From contig JASCQW010000119.1 in NCBI GenBank assembly GCA_030264375.1, forward strand, positions 12,294,535 to 12,358,534: DNA of 64,000 nt, read 5' to 3'. The translations under genes were made by a program, and so were the position numbers. Positions 63,148-64,000 of this stretch are shown piece after piece. The DNA comes from Carcharhinus longimanus. Taxonomy: Eukaryota. Position 1 is the first letter of the stretch; each line of letters starts with the position of its first letter. Under the pieces are notes generated by a model, which worked only from the letters and a program-made list of their open reading frames with translations, did no database searches and was not told the origin of the DNA.

Positions 63148-63800
63148 AGCAGTAAAGAAGGCAAATGGCATGTTGGCCATCATAGCAAGCGGATTTGAAT
63201 ATAGGGATGTTTTGCTGCAAATGTACACGATGTTGGTGAGGCCACACCTGGTGTTTCAGATTCGCTGTCCTTATCTGAGGAAGGATGTTCTTACTATGGA
63301 GGGAGTACAGTGAATGTTTACCAGGCTGATTTCTGGGATGGCAAGTATGTCATATGAGGAGAGTCTAAGTCAGTTGGGATTACATTTACTGAAGTTTCGA
63401 AGAGGGAGAGGGGATTTCACAGAAACTTATAAAATTCTAACAGGGTTAGTCAGGTTAGATTCAGAAAGAATGTTTCCAATGCTAGGGGAGACCAAAACTG
63501 AGGGGCATAGTTTGAAAGTAAGGGGTAAATCTTTTAGAACTAAAGTGAGGAGAAATTTCTTCACCCAGAGGGTGGTGAATGTGTGCAATTCACGACCACA
63601 GAAAGTCACTGAGGTAAAAATGTCTGATTTCAAAAAGAAATTAGAAATAGCTCTAAGGGCAAAAGATATCAAAGTATATGGGGGAGGGGTGGTCTGATGA
63701 GGAATAAGGATATTGAACTTGATGATCACCATGATCAAAATGAATGATACAGCAGGCTCAAAGGGTCGAAATGCCTACTCCTGCTTCTGGTTCTTATGTT
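63148..63800 (+). mobile_element. CR1 LINE 3' RT and UTR
   Basis: AVKKANGMLA...LVRPHL; MFTRLISGMA..SYEE.L..LGL..L..RR.RGD..ETYKIL...FFTQRVVN. Confidence 0.9.
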
Positions 63801-64000
63801 TTTTGAGCTGTAAACGTCATCTGAGCCTATGCATTAAACGATGTTTGAAAGTGTGCTGCCATTTTCTCACATGAAAATCCTATGTTTAACAATGGAAACA
63901 GTAATAAGCAGTTACGTGGAAGAGATGCACAGTGTGGACATTGGAATTTGTTCTGTTTGTTTCTTTCTAGTGACTTCATTGCAGTGTGAGTGTAAACCTA

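Overview
Repeat-rich vertebrate genomic DNA from a draft assembly with N gaps. The HE1-type SINEs, CR1 and Rex1 LINEs and GPCR type point to a cartilaginous fish (shark or ray). Two intact multi-exon genes can be assembled by hand, both on the minus strand. (1) A two-exon GPR139/GPR142-like class A GPCR of 316 aa: exon 1 at 30351-30420, a 12.65 kb intron, exon 2 at 16820-17700. (2) A Siglec/MAG-like receptor of 428 aa with seven coding exons (48292-56570): V-set, two C2-type Ig domains, TM and a C-terminal ITIM-like motif. Its V-set lacks the canonical sialic-acid-binding arginine, and it uses one GC-AG intron. Between the genes is an old tandem duplication of the GPCR's 7-8 kb upstream region (30411-38340 vs 41051-47945). 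The second copy keeps only the first 5 codons of exon 1 before a 36-37 bp satellite. Both copies retain an unusually conserved 49-bp proximal block with homeodomain-like and EBF(O/E)-like motifs, which resembles olfactory-receptor promoters. The rest is decayed LINEs (CR1, Rex1/Babar, RTE), SINEs, Penelope-like inverted repeats and satellites. All calls come from manual reading; no database searches were run.
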